A stretch of DNA of 57,191 nt from a virus (IMGVR_UViG_3300028394_000089:1-57191), one strand, 5' to 3'; positions 1-10,845 are shown, counted from the stretch's first letter. Notes: a model not told the origin generated them from the letters alone. Translations and numbers: made by a program.

Positions 1-1
1 T

Positions 2-490
2 AATACTCAGGGCGGATCTTTTAGAATTTTTGTTAAAAAAATCTCAAGTAATAAATATCAAATAACAGAAAATGTAACAGAATTTATTGAAAAAGAGAAT
101 GATTTTAAACTTTATTCAGATCAAACGTATAAAGATTTTGTTTTGAAACTTGAAAATTTAAAAAATAATCTAAAACAATTAGTTGATAATATTTTACATG
201 AGGGCAAAACAATTTCATGTTATGGATGTCCAGCTAAATTTGCTCTTTTTAGTAAGTTTTTTGAATTAGATAATAATATTATTAAATTTGTTGTTGATGA
301 TTCCGCTCTTAAACAAGGGCGCTTCTCACCTGGCCAAAAAATTCCGATTGTTAGCCGTGAATATTTTTACCAAAATCCAACTGATTATTGTATTATATCT
401 GTATGGAACATGGCAGATGCCATTATTAATAATAATCAAGAATATAAAGGAAAATTTATCATTCCCATGCCAGAACTAAAAATAGTATGA
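2..490 (+). CDS. NDP-hexose C-methyltransferase (class I SAM), C-terminal part; 5' end lies outside the window
   Basis: Frame is open from base 2 (NTQGGSFRIFV...). Has YGCPAK, VVDD..KQGRFSPG..IPI and IIPMP motifs of the C-methyltransferase C-terminal domain; paralogous to 3494..4765. Confidence 0.8.
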   Translation, partial: NTQGGSFRIFVKKISSNKYQITENVTEFIEKENDFKLYSDQTYKDFVLKLENLKNNLKQLVDNILHEGKTISCYGCPAKFALFSKFFELDNNIIKFVVDDSALKQGRFSPGQKIPIVSREYFYQNPTDYCIISVWNMADAIINNNQEYKGKFIIPMPELKIV

Positions 491-1419
491 ATATAGTTTG
501 TTATTATTTGACCTATAATAGGCCGCAAATTTTAAAAGAGTCTTTTGCTTCTAGCCTTAATAACACAGAAATAACTCCAAAAGAAATTTGGATTATAGAT
601 GATGGTTCTGAAGCTCAATTAAAATCTACTTTATTAGATTATAGTAATGAATACTCTCCCAAAGGAACTCCTATTAATTTATTAATTCATGGTAATAATT
701 ATGGAATTGGATATTCTTTTGAACGTTTATATAATTTAATTAGGCAAAATGATGATCTTGATATAGCGTGTATTTTAGAATCAGATTATATTTGGCGAAA
801 AGATTGGCTAAAAGATGTTATAGATGTTTTTGATGCTTCTCCAAATACGCTTGCTATAGCTGGCACTGATCATCCAGACATGTATGATAGATCAAAAACT
901 CATTCGACATTTCCAGATATTATGAGGGAATGTTTTGGTGAAGATTTAAAATCTCGTAACGATTTATATATACCGTTTGATTTACAAACAAATTCTGGCA
1001 AAATTCAAGTACAAGGGGTTAGTAATTCTTGTGGATGTACCATAATACATTGGAAAAGATTAAAAAAGGTAATAAAAAATCTTGAAGATAGTAAAAAAAT
1101 ACCATATAATGATTTCTGGAATAGAATGGATAGAGCGTTTAATAAAGGTATTTCTCATGATACTAGAAAAAATGCATCAGATGGATGGATGAGCAGTACA
1201 ATTTCAAAATATGGAGAAATGTATCTAGAATTAGAAAATTTAGATTTAAAAACTAATTTTCCGTTTTTAAGTATTTGCGATTATAGTATATCAGAACATA
1301 TATGTGGTGGTGGAGTAAATGGTCTAATTGTTCCAGAAGGTCGTACATTTGTACACTCACCGAAATGGGATAATAAATTTTTATTAGAAAATCCAAGAAA
1401 AAATAATTATGAACAATAA
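487..1419 (+). CDS. GT-A fold (GT2-like) glycosyltransferase
   Basis: LTYNRP, IWIIDDGS, NYGIG and acidic ESD motif. Confidence 0.8.
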   Translation: MNIVCYYLTYNRPQILKESFASSLNNTEITPKEIWIIDDGSEAQLKSTLLDYSNEYSPKGTPINLLIHGNNYGIGYSFERLYNLIRQNDDLDIACILESDYIWRKDWLKDVIDVFDASPNTLAIAGTDHPDMYDRSKTHSTFPDIMRECFGEDLKSRNDLYIPFDLQTNSGKIQVQGVSNSCGCTIIHWKRLKKVIKNLEDSKKIPYNDFWNRMDRAFNKGISHDTRKNASDGWMSSTISKYGEMYLELENLDLKTNFPFLSICDYSISEHICGGGVNGLIVPEGRTFVHSPKWDNKFLLENPRKNNYEQ

Positions 1420-2779
1420 AAAACAAAAAATTGTTATTACTGGTGGTTTGGGTTATATTGGTACTAAATTGTGCGAAATTTATTCTGGTGAAACTCGATA
1501 TAAAAATATTATAGTAACTGATAATAAATTTGTTGCTGAAAGAGTCAAACAGTTACGTGATTGGGGGTTTGAATTTATCCAAACTAGTATTCTTAACGAA
1601 TCAGAACTCAAAAATATTTTAAGTGATGCTGATATTGTGCATCATTTAGCTGGAATTACAGATGTTGCTTATACTAAAACAGAATCTAATCCAGAAAAAG
1701 ATAAATCTATTATTGATACAGCGATTCAAGGAACATTAAATGTTATTAATTCTATTCCTGATACATGTAAATTGATATTTCCATCAACTCATGTTGTATA
1801 CGAAGGATTTAAAAATACAATGTTGGATATTAGTGAAGATATAGAGACCACAGCTGTTTTAACTTATTCTAAATGTAAAGTTCAAAACGAAAATGATATT
1901 AAAAATTCTAATAAAAGTTATGTTATTTTGAGATTAGGGTCTGTATATGGATATTGTGAATCAGACACAATGAGGATTAATATCATGCCGAATCTTTTTT
2001 CTAAAATGGCATCTCTAAATACTCCAATTAAAATGTTTTCAGGAGGTGTTCAGAAAAAAAGTCTTGTTGCCCTTACCGATGTAGCAAGATGTTTTAAATT
2101 CATGGCAGAATCTGATATTAAAAATGAAACATTTCATTTATCTAATGAGAACTCAAGCGTTAAAGAAGTCGCAGAAATTTGTAAAAAAATTAAACCAGAA
2201 ACGCGATTAATAAGTACAAATGACGAAGTTCCAAATTTGGGATATACTTTATCAAATAAAAAACTTTTATCAACTGGATTTAAATTTCTTTATAATTTAG
2301 AAGGATCTATTAAAGACATGATTAGTTTTTGGTCTAAAAAAACTATTAATACAAATTTAGAATATATTATCCGTGGAGAAAAAGAATTTATAGATGAACG
2401 TGGAAAAATTAGTAATTATGAACTTACAGAACCAATTAATCTTATAGGATATATTGAATCAAAAGCCCATACAACTCGAGCTAATCACTACCATCCGATT
2501 CAAGAACAAAAATGTTTATTAATTAAAGGCAAATATGTTAGCGTAGTTAAAGATTTATCAGTTTTAAACTCAGAGATCGAAATTCGTATTATTAATGAGG
2601 GAGATATAGCCGTAATTAAACCAAATGTAGCTCATACAATGGTATTTTTGGAAGATTCAATCTTTTTAAATTTAGTACGTGGAGAACGAGAACATGAAAA
2701 TTATGGCATAACACATACTATTCCATATATTTTAGTTGATAATGATTTAAGATTAAAATTAATTCAACAATATTCTTAA
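1409..2779 (+). CDS. NAD-dependent epimerase/dehydratase fused to a C-terminal cupin (sugar isomerase-like) domain
   Basis: ITGGLGYIG, HLAG, YxxxK (YSKCK); C-terminal RANHYH...PNVAH cupin motif. Confidence 0.85.
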   Translation: MNNKKQKIVITGGLGYIGTKLCEIYSGETRYKNIIVTDNKFVAERVKQLRDWGFEFIQTSILNESELKNILSDADIVHHLAGITDVAYTKTESNPEKDKSIIDTAIQGTLNVINSIPDTCKLIFPSTHVVYEGFKNTMLDISEDIETTAVLTYSKCKVQNENDIKNSNKSYVILRLGSVYGYCESDTMRINIMPNLFSKMASLNTPIKMFSGGVQKKSLVALTDVARCFKFMAESDIKNETFHLSNENSSVKEVAEICKKIKPETRLISTNDEVPNLGYTLSNKKLLSTGFKFLYNLEGSIKDMISFWSKKTINTNLEYIIRGEKEFIDERGKISNYELTEPINLIGYIESKAHTTRANHYHPIQEQKCLLIKGKYVSVVKDLSVLNSEIEIRIINEGDIAVIKPNVAHTMVFLEDSIFLNLVRGEREHENYGITHTIPYILVDNDLRLKLIQQYS

Positions 2780-2780
2780 T

Positions 2781-3497
2781 ATGCAAACAGTACATAATTA
2801 TCATTACGAAGATTTTTTTAATCTATTTAAACATTATATTAAAGAAGGAGATTGGTGTTTAGATATCGGGGCAAATAATGGAAATTCATGCGCTCAAATC
2901 TTAAAATTAATAGGAAATAATGGAAAATTAATATGTTTTGAACCAATTCCCGAATTTGTTCAAATATTAACTAATCGATTTAAAGATGATAAAAATATTG
3001 ATATTCATAAATACGCTTGTGACATAGAATATGCAAAAAAAGAATTTGATTATGGTATACATAATATAAATGGTAATGGAGGATTATGGAATGGCTATGA
3101 GCATGAACGTGGAAATAGGCCACCAATTCATATTGAAGTTGAATGTGTTAATACATCAGATTTTTTGCTTAAAAACTATTCTTTAGAAGATCTTAAAAAT
3201 AATTTAAAATTTATTAAAATTGATTGCGAAGGACATGATTATGCTGTAATTGAATCGCTTAAACCGTTAATAAATATTATTAAACCAATTATTTTTTGTG
3301 AATGGTGGTTTTTTGATAGCGCTATTAAACTATTTAATATTGCTGAAGAAATTAACTATTCAGCCTATAGATCTGATAACCCTAATATTTTAGCAAGTAA
3401 AGAGCATATTGGTAAAGAGTTAAATGTTAATATCTTAGGTACTGAAGCTCAATACCAACAACAGAGCCATGATTTAATATTGATTCCAAATTTATGA
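2781..3497 (+). CDS. FkbM family methyltransferase
   Basis: LDIGANNG, FEP, FIKIDCEG. Confidence 0.88.
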   Translation: MQTVHNYHYEDFFNLFKHYIKEGDWCLDIGANNGNSCAQILKLIGNNGKLICFEPIPEFVQILTNRFKDDKNIDIHKYACDIEYAKKEFDYGIHNINGNGGLWNGYEHERGNRPPIHIEVECVNTSDFLLKNYSLEDLKNNLKFIKIDCEGHDYAVIESLKPLINIIKPIIFCEWWFFDSAIKLFNIAEEINYSAYRSDNPNILASKEHIGKELNVNILGTEAQYQQQSHDLILIPNL

Positions 3498-4765
3498 ATA
3501 TAAAACATCGAAAAACTTGTAGAATTTGTGCGAATCCTAATTTAAAAGAAATTATTGATTTAGGGTATCAAAATTTACAAGGGTCTTTTTTAAAAGAGGG
3601 TCGGGGAAGAACATCACTTCGAAAAATTCCGAATAAGATTGTAAGATGTGATGTTTCTAAAAATGAAAACGCTTGTGGTTTAGTTCAAACATTAAATACT
3701 ATCCCACCTAAAATTATGTATTCTAATTATTGGTATGAATCAAATATTAGTAAAACAATGTGTGACCATTTAAAATTAGTTGTTGATAAATCTTTAAATT
3801 TTATTCCATCTCCAAAAAGGGTTCTTGATATTGCAATGAATGATGGAACTTTACTTTTAAATTATAATGATGGTATTGAACTTTTTGGCGTAGATCCTTC
3901 AGATATTACAAAAAAAGCGAAAGAAAAACATCCGCAAATTAAAATTTACAATGATCTTTTTCCATGTCAAGAAATGCAGAAAGATAGTCTAGAAGGTACT
4001 TTTGATATTATTACATCTATTGCATGTTTTTATGATTTAGATGACCCTTTAGATTTTTGTTTAAATGTCGAAAGACTTTTGTCTCCTAAAGGCATATGGA
4101 TTTTTGAAATGGCCTATTTAATAGATATTCTTGAAAATCTTTGTTATGATACTTTTTGTAGTGAACATTTATCACATTATCACCTTGCCCCTATTGAATA
4201 TCTTTTAAATCAGGCTGGTCTTCGATTAGTATTCGCAGAAACAAATGATATTAATGGTGGTAGCCTTTGTTGTTATGCGGTTAAAAATAATAATTTTGAT
4301 TATGATAATGAAGAAAGATCTATGGCCTTAATGGAATTAAGATTTAAAGAGTTTGATATGGCGCTAGATGAAGATAAAATTTATGAAGATTTTAAAAATA
4401 GAGTGGTAGCGCAAAAATATGAATTAGTTAAATTTGTTAATGAAGAAGTGCTTAAAAAGAAAAAAACTTTACATTTATATGGAGCTTCAACTAAAGTAAA
4501 TACTTTATTAGGATACTGCTTTGGAGAAGATATTAATAAATATATTCAATATGCGGCAGAACGCAGTCCAGAAAAATATGGAGCTGAAACCTTAAGCGGT
4601 ATAAAAATTATTTCAGAAAGTGAAAGTCGAGCTATGAATCCAGATTATTATTTAGTTGGTCCTTGGCATTTTAAAAAGGAAATTTTACAAAGAGAAGTTG
4701 ATGCAGTTAATAGTGGAATTAAATTTATATTTCCATTACCGAAATTTTCAATAGAGGGGAAATAA
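3494..4765 (+). CDS. NDP-hexose C-methyltransferase (Zn-binding N-terminus, class I SAM)
   Basis: CRIC...CGLVQ, VLDIAMNDG, EHLSHY, NGGS, YGASTK, FIFPLP. Confidence 0.88.
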   Translation: MNIKHRKTCRICANPNLKEIIDLGYQNLQGSFLKEGRGRTSLRKIPNKIVRCDVSKNENACGLVQTLNTIPPKIMYSNYWYESNISKTMCDHLKLVVDKSLNFIPSPKRVLDIAMNDGTLLLNYNDGIELFGVDPSDITKKAKEKHPQIKIYNDLFPCQEMQKDSLEGTFDIITSIACFYDLDDPLDFCLNVERLLSPKGIWIFEMAYLIDILENLCYDTFCSEHLSHYHLAPIEYLLNQAGLRLVFAETNDINGGSLCCYAVKNNNFDYDNEERSMALMELRFKEFDMALDEDKIYEDFKNRVVAQKYELVKFVNEEVLKKKKTLHLYGASTKVNTLLGYCFGEDINKYIQYAAERSPEKYGAETLSGIKIISESESRAMNPDYYLVGPWHFKKEILQREVDAVNSGIKFIFPLPKFSIEGK

Positions 4766-4769
4766 ATTT

Positions 4770-5405
4770 ATGGCATTATCTCAACAAGATTTATTTGTAA
4801 ATTTATTGCTTCCATCTAGAAATGGATTTTATGTAGACATTGGTGCTGGAAATGGTGAGGGGGAACCATGTGCATCTAATAATGCATGGTTAGAAGAAAT
4901 CGGCTGGACGGGCATTCTATTAGAAATCCGTGAAGATTATGTACAAGAAGCTAAAAGATTTAGACCTAAATCACAAGTTGTTCAAGCAGATGCCTTTAAG
5001 GTAGATTATAAAGAATTATTTTATAGATTGAATTGTCCAAAAGTAATTGATTATTTATCTATAGATGTAGATCCATTAGATTCAATCCAATCTCCATGTG
5101 TTGAAGTTTTATCGAAATTTCCTTTCGAAGATTTTGATTTCAAAATTTTAACGATTGAACATGATCTATATAATCCACACGGATTACAGCAAAAAAATAC
5201 TTTAAAATATTTTATGCAAAATAAACCGTATAAAATAATTGCAGAAAATGTTGGTCTATCTTTTGCTGGTAAAAAATATTTAGAAGATTGGTATATTAAT
5301 CCAATATATTACAATGATTTTCAAATTAAAGATATTGAAAACCTTTATTATAAAGAACAAAATCCAAATGACATAATTATGGATTTAGTTTTACATAAAA
5401 AATGA
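4770..5405 (+). CDS. FkbM-like methyltransferase
   Basis: QQD..V, FYVDIGAG, GWTGILLE, IDYLSIDVD, TIEHD, EDWY. Confidence 0.8.
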   Translation: MALSQQDLFVNLLLPSRNGFYVDIGAGNGEGEPCASNNAWLEEIGWTGILLEIREDYVQEAKRFRPKSQVVQADAFKVDYKELFYRLNCPKVIDYLSIDVDPLDSIQSPCVEVLSKFPFEDFDFKILTIEHDLYNPHGLQQKNTLKYFMQNKPYKIIAENVGLSFAGKKYLEDWYINPIYYNDFQIKDIENLYYKEQNPNDIIMDLVLHKK

Positions 5406-6376
5406 ATATAGCATATATTGATATGAATTTCGATGATACCATCGAAGATTATCATTATTCACCCAAAAGATATGGTGGTGGTAGAATTATTGCCTCAGCT
5501 TTATTATATAAACTAGATACATTTGATATTTATTCTAATTCTGAATCTTTTGTAAATATAGAAAAATCAAAACAAAACCAATGTTTTTCACTTGATAATG
5601 CGGCTAGACAAAAAATTAAAAATGGTGATAATATTAAAAAATATATACCGAATTATGATAAATATGATATATTTCTGCACCATTTTTCAAATGTTTTTTT
5701 AAATTTAGAAGGATGCAGAAGTCAAAAACAAGCCGTATGGTCAGTTGGTTGGAGAGAACAAATTAATCCAAATAATAAAAATATATTACTTTTTGATCAT
5801 ATAGGTCAAGAGCCTCAAATGGTTGGAAATCATAAAATTTTTAAAATTGTTATTGGTCCAAAATTTGAACAGTTTAAAAAGTATGATAAAGAAGATATAA
5901 TTTTTCAATGCTCCAGACACTTCCCCCTATATCAATCAATTGCCGTCGCCCAACTTGCTTTAAAATATAATATTAAAACTTATTTTGCTGGACCAATTGA
6001 AAACGGATATCCATTAATTGATTTTATAGATAATAAAAATACTTTTTATTTAGGGGTAATAGATTCAGAAACAAAACAGGATTTCTATAAAAGAGCTAAA
6101 TTAAATACTCAATTTCAAAATTATCCTATTTCAGCTACACTGGCTGGAAAAGAGGCTGCTAGTTATGGATGTGGAATATTAGCTTGTCCAGTGGGAGGGT
6201 GGAATCTTTTTATTAAAGAGGGGCTTAATGGATTCTTCATTAATAATGAAATAGATTTTATAAATGCTTGGGAAAAGAGGGGTGAACTTAAACAACAAAA
6301 TTGTTATAATTTGGGGTTACCTCATTCTGAGGAGAATATGATTAATTCTGTATTAAATGCTTTAAAAGCTATATGA
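5402..6376 (+). CDS. GT-B (GT4-like) glycosyltransferase
   Basis: PKRYGGG, YFAGP, EAASYG..ILACPVGG..E..NGF. Confidence 0.7.
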   Translation: MNIAYIDMNFDDTIEDYHYSPKRYGGGRIIASALLYKLDTFDIYSNSESFVNIEKSKQNQCFSLDNAARQKIKNGDNIKKYIPNYDKYDIFLHHFSNVFLNLEGCRSQKQAVWSVGWREQINPNNKNILLFDHIGQEPQMVGNHKIFKIVIGPKFEQFKKYDKEDIIFQCSRHFPLYQSIAVAQLALKYNIKTYFAGPIENGYPLIDFIDNKNTFYLGVIDSETKQDFYKRAKLNTQFQNYPISATLAGKEAASYGCGILACPVGGWNLFIKEGLNGFFINNEIDFINAWEKRGELKQQNCYNLGLPHSEENMINSVLNALKAI

Positions 6377-7200
6377 GTAAAGATCTAGATTTATGCGTAT
6401 TTATTAGCTCTAAAGATAGGCATGGCCGTACAAAAGATTATAAAATTACAATAACAAGTTTTTTAAAACAAGCTGGTGATAGTTTTAATAATAAATATGT
6501 TAATATTAAAGTTTTTGATGGCGACGAAAAAAATGCTTTAAATATAGAATCTTTTTTTAAAAATCTTAATTTTAAAATAAATATTATTAAAGATGAAATA
6601 GGTATTTTAAATTCTGATCGTTACGACAATAGACAAAAATTTATTAGCGGAATAACAGCAGATATATCTAATTTTTTTTTAAAGTATCAAAATGATTTAT
6701 CTAAATATGTATTTATTTTAGAAGATGATTCCCCAATTATTCTAAAAAAATATAATTTTCAATATTACGAAAATAAAAGTAAAACATTACTACAGAGCGA
6801 CGAAGATATAGAAGCAATTCATTTTTTAAGATTAAGTTGTAATGAAATTCCATGTTCACCACTTGAATGGTTTATTTATCATAAGATTGAAAATCTTAAA
6901 AATGAAGAAATTATAACTGAATATTGGTATAACTTTCAGCCTAGAATTTGTAGAACAGATACGCTAATAAATGTATGTTTACTAATAAATCAAAATTGGA
7001 ATTTTTATAAAAATTTACATACAGAAGACGCTTTTGATAAAGCCTATAAACAATATAATAAAAATATTAGATATTACGCATTTTCTCCGTATAATGCATA
7101 CTCTATCCATCTCGGATTAGATAATAATTTACATAAATTAGTTATAGAATCTGAGCCAGAAATTAATTCTAAATATAAAAGTTTAAATGAAAAAAATTAA
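6373..7200 (+). CDS. putative GT-A glycosyltransferase
   Basis: YVFILEDD motif and late HLG motif; lies within the sugar cluster. Confidence 0.6.
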   Translation: MSKDLDLCVFISSKDRHGRTKDYKITITSFLKQAGDSFNNKYVNIKVFDGDEKNALNIESFFKNLNFKINIIKDEIGILNSDRYDNRQKFISGITADISNFFLKYQNDLSKYVFILEDDSPIILKKYNFQYYENKSKTLLQSDEDIEAIHFLRLSCNEIPCSPLEWFIYHKIENLKNEEIITEYWYNFQPRICRTDTLINVCLLINQNWNFYKNLHTEDAFDKAYKQYNKNIRYYAFSPYNAYSIHLGLDNNLHKLVIESEPEINSKYKSLNEKN

Positions 7201-8209
7201 AATTTTAGGAGATCCAACTAATAAAAAATTTCAAAGCAGCGACATCATTATTTCAAATATCAATAATGCTGCTGAAAAACTCGGGATATTTTCAGAAGAT
7301 GGATATAAAATTGTTTATGATTGTATTGGTAATACCCATGGGCATAATCCACATGCAATGATTATAGTATATGAATTAATTTTCCCCCATTTTATTTTTA
7401 AAAATGTTAGCCCACTGCCTATACTTGGAGTTTCTAGAGATAATTTAAATTTTATACTTGAATCTGGATATCCATCACATTTATGTGATTATGTTAATTT
7501 GGGTGTTGATTCTAAAATATGGCCCTTTAAAGAAAAAAAGAAACAGGATAAATTTACCTTACTAGGTATTGGGGAGTCAAATTCCAGAGGTGGCTTAGAA
7601 TTTATTGTACAAAATTTTTGCGAAGAATTTCGTAATAGTAATTTTATTAAATTATATTTAAGAGATAGAACGGCTAGTGACAAATTTAAATCATGGGTAC
7701 ATGAAAAGTCTATAGAATATAATGTTGAAATAATTCATGATGATAGACACTTAGAAAATTTTAATGAAGAACGTGAAGTTTATTACAAAGCAGATGCGGC
7801 AATATGTTTAAATAAAACAAGTACATGGAATTTACGAACTATAGAATGCATGAGTACTGGCACTCCACTTATAGTTATTCCATATGCTGGCCCAAGAGAT
7901 TATACTATAAATAATTTTTCCGCATTACATGTTGATTTTGATTTATCTCCGTTTACAGAGAATGATATTATTCATGCCGAGTCAATAGGTCTTAGAAATC
8001 ATTTATTCCACCCGTCTATTCATCCCAAAATACCATACTGGACAATTCCTAAAAATCATAGTATAAAATTAAAGATGAGGGAAATAGTAGAGAATGAAAG
8101 TTTAAGATATTTTATAAGTAATTATGGATCGATTACCGCTCAAAAATTTACTTGGGAAAAATGTGCTATAAATATTTACCATACTATTAATTCGATCTTT
8201 AATAATTAA
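7187..8209 (+). CDS. GT4-like glycosyltransferase
   Basis: LGVD, ECMSTGTPLIV, FTWE. Confidence 0.8.
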   Translation: MKKIKILGDPTNKKFQSSDIIISNINNAAEKLGIFSEDGYKIVYDCIGNTHGHNPHAMIIVYELIFPHFIFKNVSPLPILGVSRDNLNFILESGYPSHLCDYVNLGVDSKIWPFKEKKKQDKFTLLGIGESNSRGGLEFIVQNFCEEFRNSNFIKLYLRDRTASDKFKSWVHEKSIEYNVEIIHDDRHLENFNEEREVYYKADAAICLNKTSTWNLRTIECMSTGTPLIVIPYAGPRDYTINNFSALHVDFDLSPFTENDIIHAESIGLRNHLFHPSIHPKIPYWTIPKNHSIKLKMREIVENESLRYFISNYGSITAQKFTWEKCAINIYHTINSIFNN

Positions 8210-8210
8210 T

Positions 8211-9239
8211 ATGATTCATTTGTACGAAGATGATCCAAGATTTTTATCTGATCCAACATTTATAGATAATCACGGATCATTTTCTGTAATTAATTATGGT
8301 TTAAATAATGCTTTAAAAAAATTAAATTTATATTCAGATATTGATCAAGCTGAATATATAGGATTTGCTACCAGTTTAAATTTAAATAATTATATTAATG
8401 GTAAGAAATGTTTCTATATAACAGTTTGGGAAACAATAAATAAATTAACTAATTATCATTTAGAAATTGCTAGGGGAAATAAAATTCTATTTGGAATGAG
8501 TGACCAAGTAAGTAATTTATATAGAAAAGAAGGTATCAAATGTGAGACCCTTCATTGTGGGTGTGATACGGATTTTTGGAAACAAACCCTTCCTAAAAAT
8601 AAAAAATTTACATTTGTTCATATTAATAGTAGTAATGTTAGATCTGGGTTAGATTTAACACTTCAAGCTTTTCATATGGCCTTTCAAAATAATCCAGATG
8701 TTCAATTAATAGTCAAAGATACGAATACAAATATTGATATTTTATCTTCGAGAATCAATGAAATGAAATCCGCTGGTACTAATATCAAATATATAACTAA
8801 AAGATCTACTAAAAATGAAATTCGTGATTTATATTCGAATTCACATGTCGGATTGAATTTACTAAGGATGACGTCATGGGGATTTCCATTGCATGAGATG
8901 TCTGCATGTAACTGCTTATGCTTTACTGGTGATATAGAGCCGACTAACGTCTTAATAAATAAAAATTATGGAGTTCTTTTAAAACCCAAATCAGAAGTGA
9001 ACATATCAGAAAAATTAAATGAATTGGTTAATCACTGGGGTTTATTAAACTGTTATGGTGGATTTCCATATTCAGAAGAACCTAGATTTTATGATTTTAA
9101 TGTAGAAGAATATTCTACAAAATTAAAGGAAATATACGATGATTGGAGTTTTTATGGAAAAATAGATACAAGAACACCTATAATAGATAATTGGAAATGG
9201 GAATATTCTGCAAAGAATCTAATCAAAATGTTATATTAA
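8211..9239 (+). CDS. GT4-like glycosyltransferase
   Basis: TVWET, GCDTDFW, RSGLD, WGFPLHEM. Confidence 0.8.
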   Translation: MIHLYEDDPRFLSDPTFIDNHGSFSVINYGLNNALKKLNLYSDIDQAEYIGFATSLNLNNYINGKKCFYITVWETINKLTNYHLEIARGNKILFGMSDQVSNLYRKEGIKCETLHCGCDTDFWKQTLPKNKKFTFVHINSSNVRSGLDLTLQAFHMAFQNNPDVQLIVKDTNTNIDILSSRINEMKSAGTNIKYITKRSTKNEIRDLYSNSHVGLNLLRMTSWGFPLHEMSACNCLCFTGDIEPTNVLINKNYGVLLKPKSEVNISEKLNELVNHWGLLNCYGGFPYSEEPRFYDFNVEEYSTKLKEIYDDWSFYGKIDTRTPIIDNWKWEYSAKNLIKMLY

Positions 9240-9240
9240 T

Positions 9241-10407
9241 ATGAAATGGCCATTAAATAAAAATAATTTTACTATTTTAGACAGATTAAAAATTTGTAGT
9301 TTTATACTTAATTTTAAAAATAGATGGACACAAGATATACAAGTAAAAAAATTTGAAAAGAAAATGGCTGACTATGTTGGCTGTAAATATTCAGTATTTG
9401 CAGGCAATGGCTCATTAGCTAATAATTTATTAGCGCAATATATTAAGCATAAAGTTCCCAATAAAAAAATTGTTGTATTTCCATCGATAACATGGCAAAC
9501 GTCTTGCTCTCCATGGATTAAAGCTGGTTTTGAACCACATTTTATTGATATTTCTTTAGAAGATTTTTCTATAGATAGGACAAAACTTCTTGAATATGTA
9601 AAAAAGAATAAAAATAAAATTGCTTGTATTTTTCCAACTTCATTAATTGGTTTTACTCCTAATTTTGATTTTTATAAAAACTTAGAAAAAACATACAATG
9701 TTAAAATCATGTTTGATAATTGTGAGAATACTTTAAGTTTTTATGGAGATAAAAATATTTCTTCATTTTTTACCTCTTCAACTTCTACATATTTTGGACA
9801 TCAGATTCAATCTATAGAAGGTGGATTTATTTTTACAAATTCAGAGGATGAATATAAATATTTTTTGATAAACAGAAACCATGGAATGGTAAGAAGTTTA
9901 ACTTCTTATGGTTTTGATACAAAAGAAATAGATAATCCAAAAGTAGATAATTTATTTGATTTTTATTCTTTAGGAGATAATTATCGCGGTAGCGATTTAA
10001 ATGCTTTTATTGGGCAGCTTGATTTTAATCGTATAAATTTATATACGGATTCCAGAAAAAAATTATACTCTTTATTTAAAGAAAACTTAGATAATAATAA
10101 ATATTATTTACCATCTGATCGAAACAAGTGTTCTGATGTTCCATTTTGTATTCCTATTATTATTAAAAATAAAAATAAAACAAGATTTCAAACGGCTTTA
10201 AATATTTGTAAAAAATTAGGAATTGAATATCGACCCATTGTATCTGGATTTTTAGGGTATCAAAACTGTTATAAGGATTATTTTAAATCGGATAAAGATT
10301 ACCCCGACTCAGTTTATTTACACAATTATGGATTTTATATTGGTTTATATCATGGTATAAAAGAAAAAGACTTATTAAACTTAACAAGTTTTTTAAATGA
10401 AATTTAA
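9241..10407 (+). CDS. DegT/DnrJ/EryC1/StrS PLP-dependent sugar aminotransferase/dehydratase (ColD-like)
   Basis: NGSLAN, DNCE, STYFGHQIQSIEGG (His at the PLP-Lys position as in ColD/E1 dehydratases), RNHG. Confidence 0.88.
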   Translation: MKWPLNKNNFTILDRLKICSFILNFKNRWTQDIQVKKFEKKMADYVGCKYSVFAGNGSLANNLLAQYIKHKVPNKKIVVFPSITWQTSCSPWIKAGFEPHFIDISLEDFSIDRTKLLEYVKKNKNKIACIFPTSLIGFTPNFDFYKNLEKTYNVKIMFDNCENTLSFYGDKNISSFFTSSTSTYFGHQIQSIEGGFIFTNSEDEYKYFLINRNHGMVRSLTSYGFDTKEIDNPKVDNLFDFYSLGDNYRGSDLNAFIGQLDFNRINLYTDSRKKLYSLFKENLDNNKYYLPSDRNKCSDVPFCIPIIIKNKNKTRFQTALNICKKLGIEYRPIVSGFLGYQNCYKDYFKSDKDYPDSVYLHNYGFYIGLYHGIKEKDLLNLTSFLNEI

Positions 10408-10810
10408 AAATATCTTTGGAAAAGATGTTAACAAAAATATTAATAAATATTTAGTTAAATGGAATGAACCATGTAGAAGTAAAGTACAGTTTAATATTAA
10501 AAAGTTCTTTGAAACTTACTGGAAAACACATATTGTTGTAGAGGAGTTTCCTGTTTTTGGAAGTAGGATGAAATGTGATTTAATAAATTTTACAAAAAAA
10601 ATTGCAGTAGAAACACATGGCCTTCAACATGATAAATTTGTGAAACACTTCCATCGTACACGAACTGGTTTTAAAAAAAGCGTTAAAAGAGATTTACAAA
10701 AATATACTTGGCTAGAAATGAATGGTTTTCAAATTATTGAAATTTTTGAAAATGAAACAAGTCTTTTAGACTCTGATTGGATAAAAGAAAAATTTGATAT
10801 AGAAATTTAA
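10397..10810 (+). CDS. PD-(D/E)XK/DUF559-like endonuclease
   Basis: EEFPV...D...IAVETHGLQH...RD..K. Confidence 0.65.
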   Translation: MKFKNIFGKDVNKNINKYLVKWNEPCRSKVQFNIKKFFETYWKTHIVVEEFPVFGSRMKCDLINFTKKIAVETHGLQHDKFVKHFHRTRTGFKKSVKRDLQKYTWLEMNGFQIIEIFENETSLLDSDWIKEKFDIEI

Positions 10811-10811
10811 C

Positions 10812-10839
10812 TTGAATCTCAAACAAACTTGAGTATAAT
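10812..10839 (+). promoter_or_regulatory. sigma70-like promoter, probably leaderless
   Basis: TTGAAT-16-TATAAT, then ATG (10846) 6 nt downstream. Confidence 0.7.
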
Positions 10840-10845
10840 GAATAG

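Noticed and set aside
1-10407. Bacterial chromosomal O-antigen locus
   Set aside because: No flippase, polymerase or ABC export genes in view; it is translationally coupled to phage-type nuclease and replication genes
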